DNA of 64,000 nucleotides from a virus: IMG/VR virus record IMGVR_UViG_3300045988_156211; one strand, 5' to 3'. Shown piece by piece: positions 63,676 to 64,000 of this stretch (position 1 is its first letter; each line of letters starts with the position of its first letter). The notes under the pieces were generated by a model. It saw only the letters and a program-made list of their open reading frames with translations, ran no database searches and was not told where the DNA came from. The position numbers and the translations under genes were made by a program.

Positions 63676-63891
63676 TAAGGGGCCTTGTGTCTTTATCTCT
63701 ACGAGGATTTAATATTAAATATACCCTATAAAATATGCCCGGGCTTTAAAGTTTTGGGGTATAATATTGGCCTTAAATCCTTATGCTGAATGGGCCTAAA
63801 ATAATAAAGATAGGGGCCTTAATTCCTTAATAACTTAACCGATTGGGGCTTTAGTTCCTTTTGGTTGGGGTACCCCAAATCCTTAAATCCC
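63676..63891. repeat. array of GGGGCYTT / GGGCTTT motifs plus AAWTCCTTAA motifs
   Basis: GGGGCCTT at 63679 (followed by CTTTATCTCTA), GGGCTTT at 63741, GGGGCCTT at 63813 and GGGGCTTT at 63845. The palindrome GGGGTACCCC is at 63867-63876, and AAATCCTTA occurs three times. Confidence 0.8.
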
Positions 63892-64000
63892 AGCAGCTTT
63901 ATATATAATATATACTATAGTAAAGTTGGGGATTGAGGATGAGGATTTGGTTCTGAGATAGCGAATTTAGGATCTGGGATTTGGTATCACAAAAAAAAAG

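Noticed and set aside
61140-63900. Whether the GGGGCYTT arrays could be a CRISPR array.
   Set aside because: The repeats are only about 8-20 bp, degenerate and irregularly spaced (15-45 bp). No cas genes are present.
1-64000. tRNA, tmRNA or rRNA genes.
   Set aside because: I looked for T-loop-like GGTTCGAATCC/GTTCRANYC words and cloverleaf-sized GC-rich islands in all intergenic regions and found none. A proper tRNAscan/ARAGORN run is still advisable.
1-64000. A lysogeny module (integrase, repressor, att site) or flanking host genes.
   Set aside because: No tyrosine/serine recombinase motifs or CI-like repressor were recognised, and all identifiable genes are phage-type. The window looks like a virulent-type genome segment. 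The rest of the genome is unseen.
1-64000. Assignment to crAss-like phages on the basis of low GC and Bacteroidota-type promoters.
   Set aside because: The tail module is clearly contractile (sheath, tube, gp25/J/hub baseplate). No giant virion RNAP-like gene is visible. Taxonomic placement needs a database comparison.

Overview
This window is a 64-kb stretch of a low-GC (about 32% by eye) tailed dsDNA phage genome with contractile-tail (myovirus-type) morphogenesis genes. It is almost entirely coding. I saw no host genes, integrase, tRNA, rRNA or CRISPR array.

Layout:
- 1-16.5 kb (-): replication, recombination and nucleotide metabolism. Genes are a P-loop kinase, FEN, a RecA-like protein, an SSB-like protein, a GroES-like protein, a family A DNA polymerase, one clear and one possible ThyA-fold protein, an all-alpha NTP pyrophosphatase-like protein, dUTPase, an SF2 helicase, a primase and a DnaB-like helicase.
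- 16.7-17.3 kb (+): a lone sigma-like gene.
- 17.4-53.3 kb (-): the virion module. Reading right to left: TerL, portal, prohead protease, MCP, a PKD-domain protein, three fibre genes, two unusual GC-richer genes, neck genes, sheath, tube, G/GT chaperone with a -1 frameshift, tape measure, baseplate hub/spike/gp25/J-like proteins, a 1414-aa Ig-repeat protein and a tail-collar fibre.
- 53.5-55.3 kb (-): a C5-methyltransferase-like gene plus lysis candidates.
- 55.5-59.8 kb (+): small accessory genes.
- 59.8-64 kb (-): early-type gene cassettes separated by repeat-rich non-coding modules.

Bacteroidota-type promoters (TTTG-N20-TAnnTTTG) and the general lack of Shine-Dalgarno sequences suggest a Bacteroidota host.

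Observations most worth follow-up:
1. There are 20 CCCGGG hexamers where about one is expected. They occur in all reading frames, in genes on both strands and in non-coding DNA.
2. A T4-like set of nucleotide-pool enzymes around a divergent ThyA-fold protein suggests a non-canonical base.
3. Repeated GGGGCYTT motif arrays and an 865-bp ORF-free AT-rich region with paired palindromic sites lie in the early region.
4. A GC-richer gene pair in the virion module encodes a Q/N- and Cys-rich protein ending in a GCGCGCNNGCGNGC tail.

All functional calls come from motif recognition by eye. No database search was possible.
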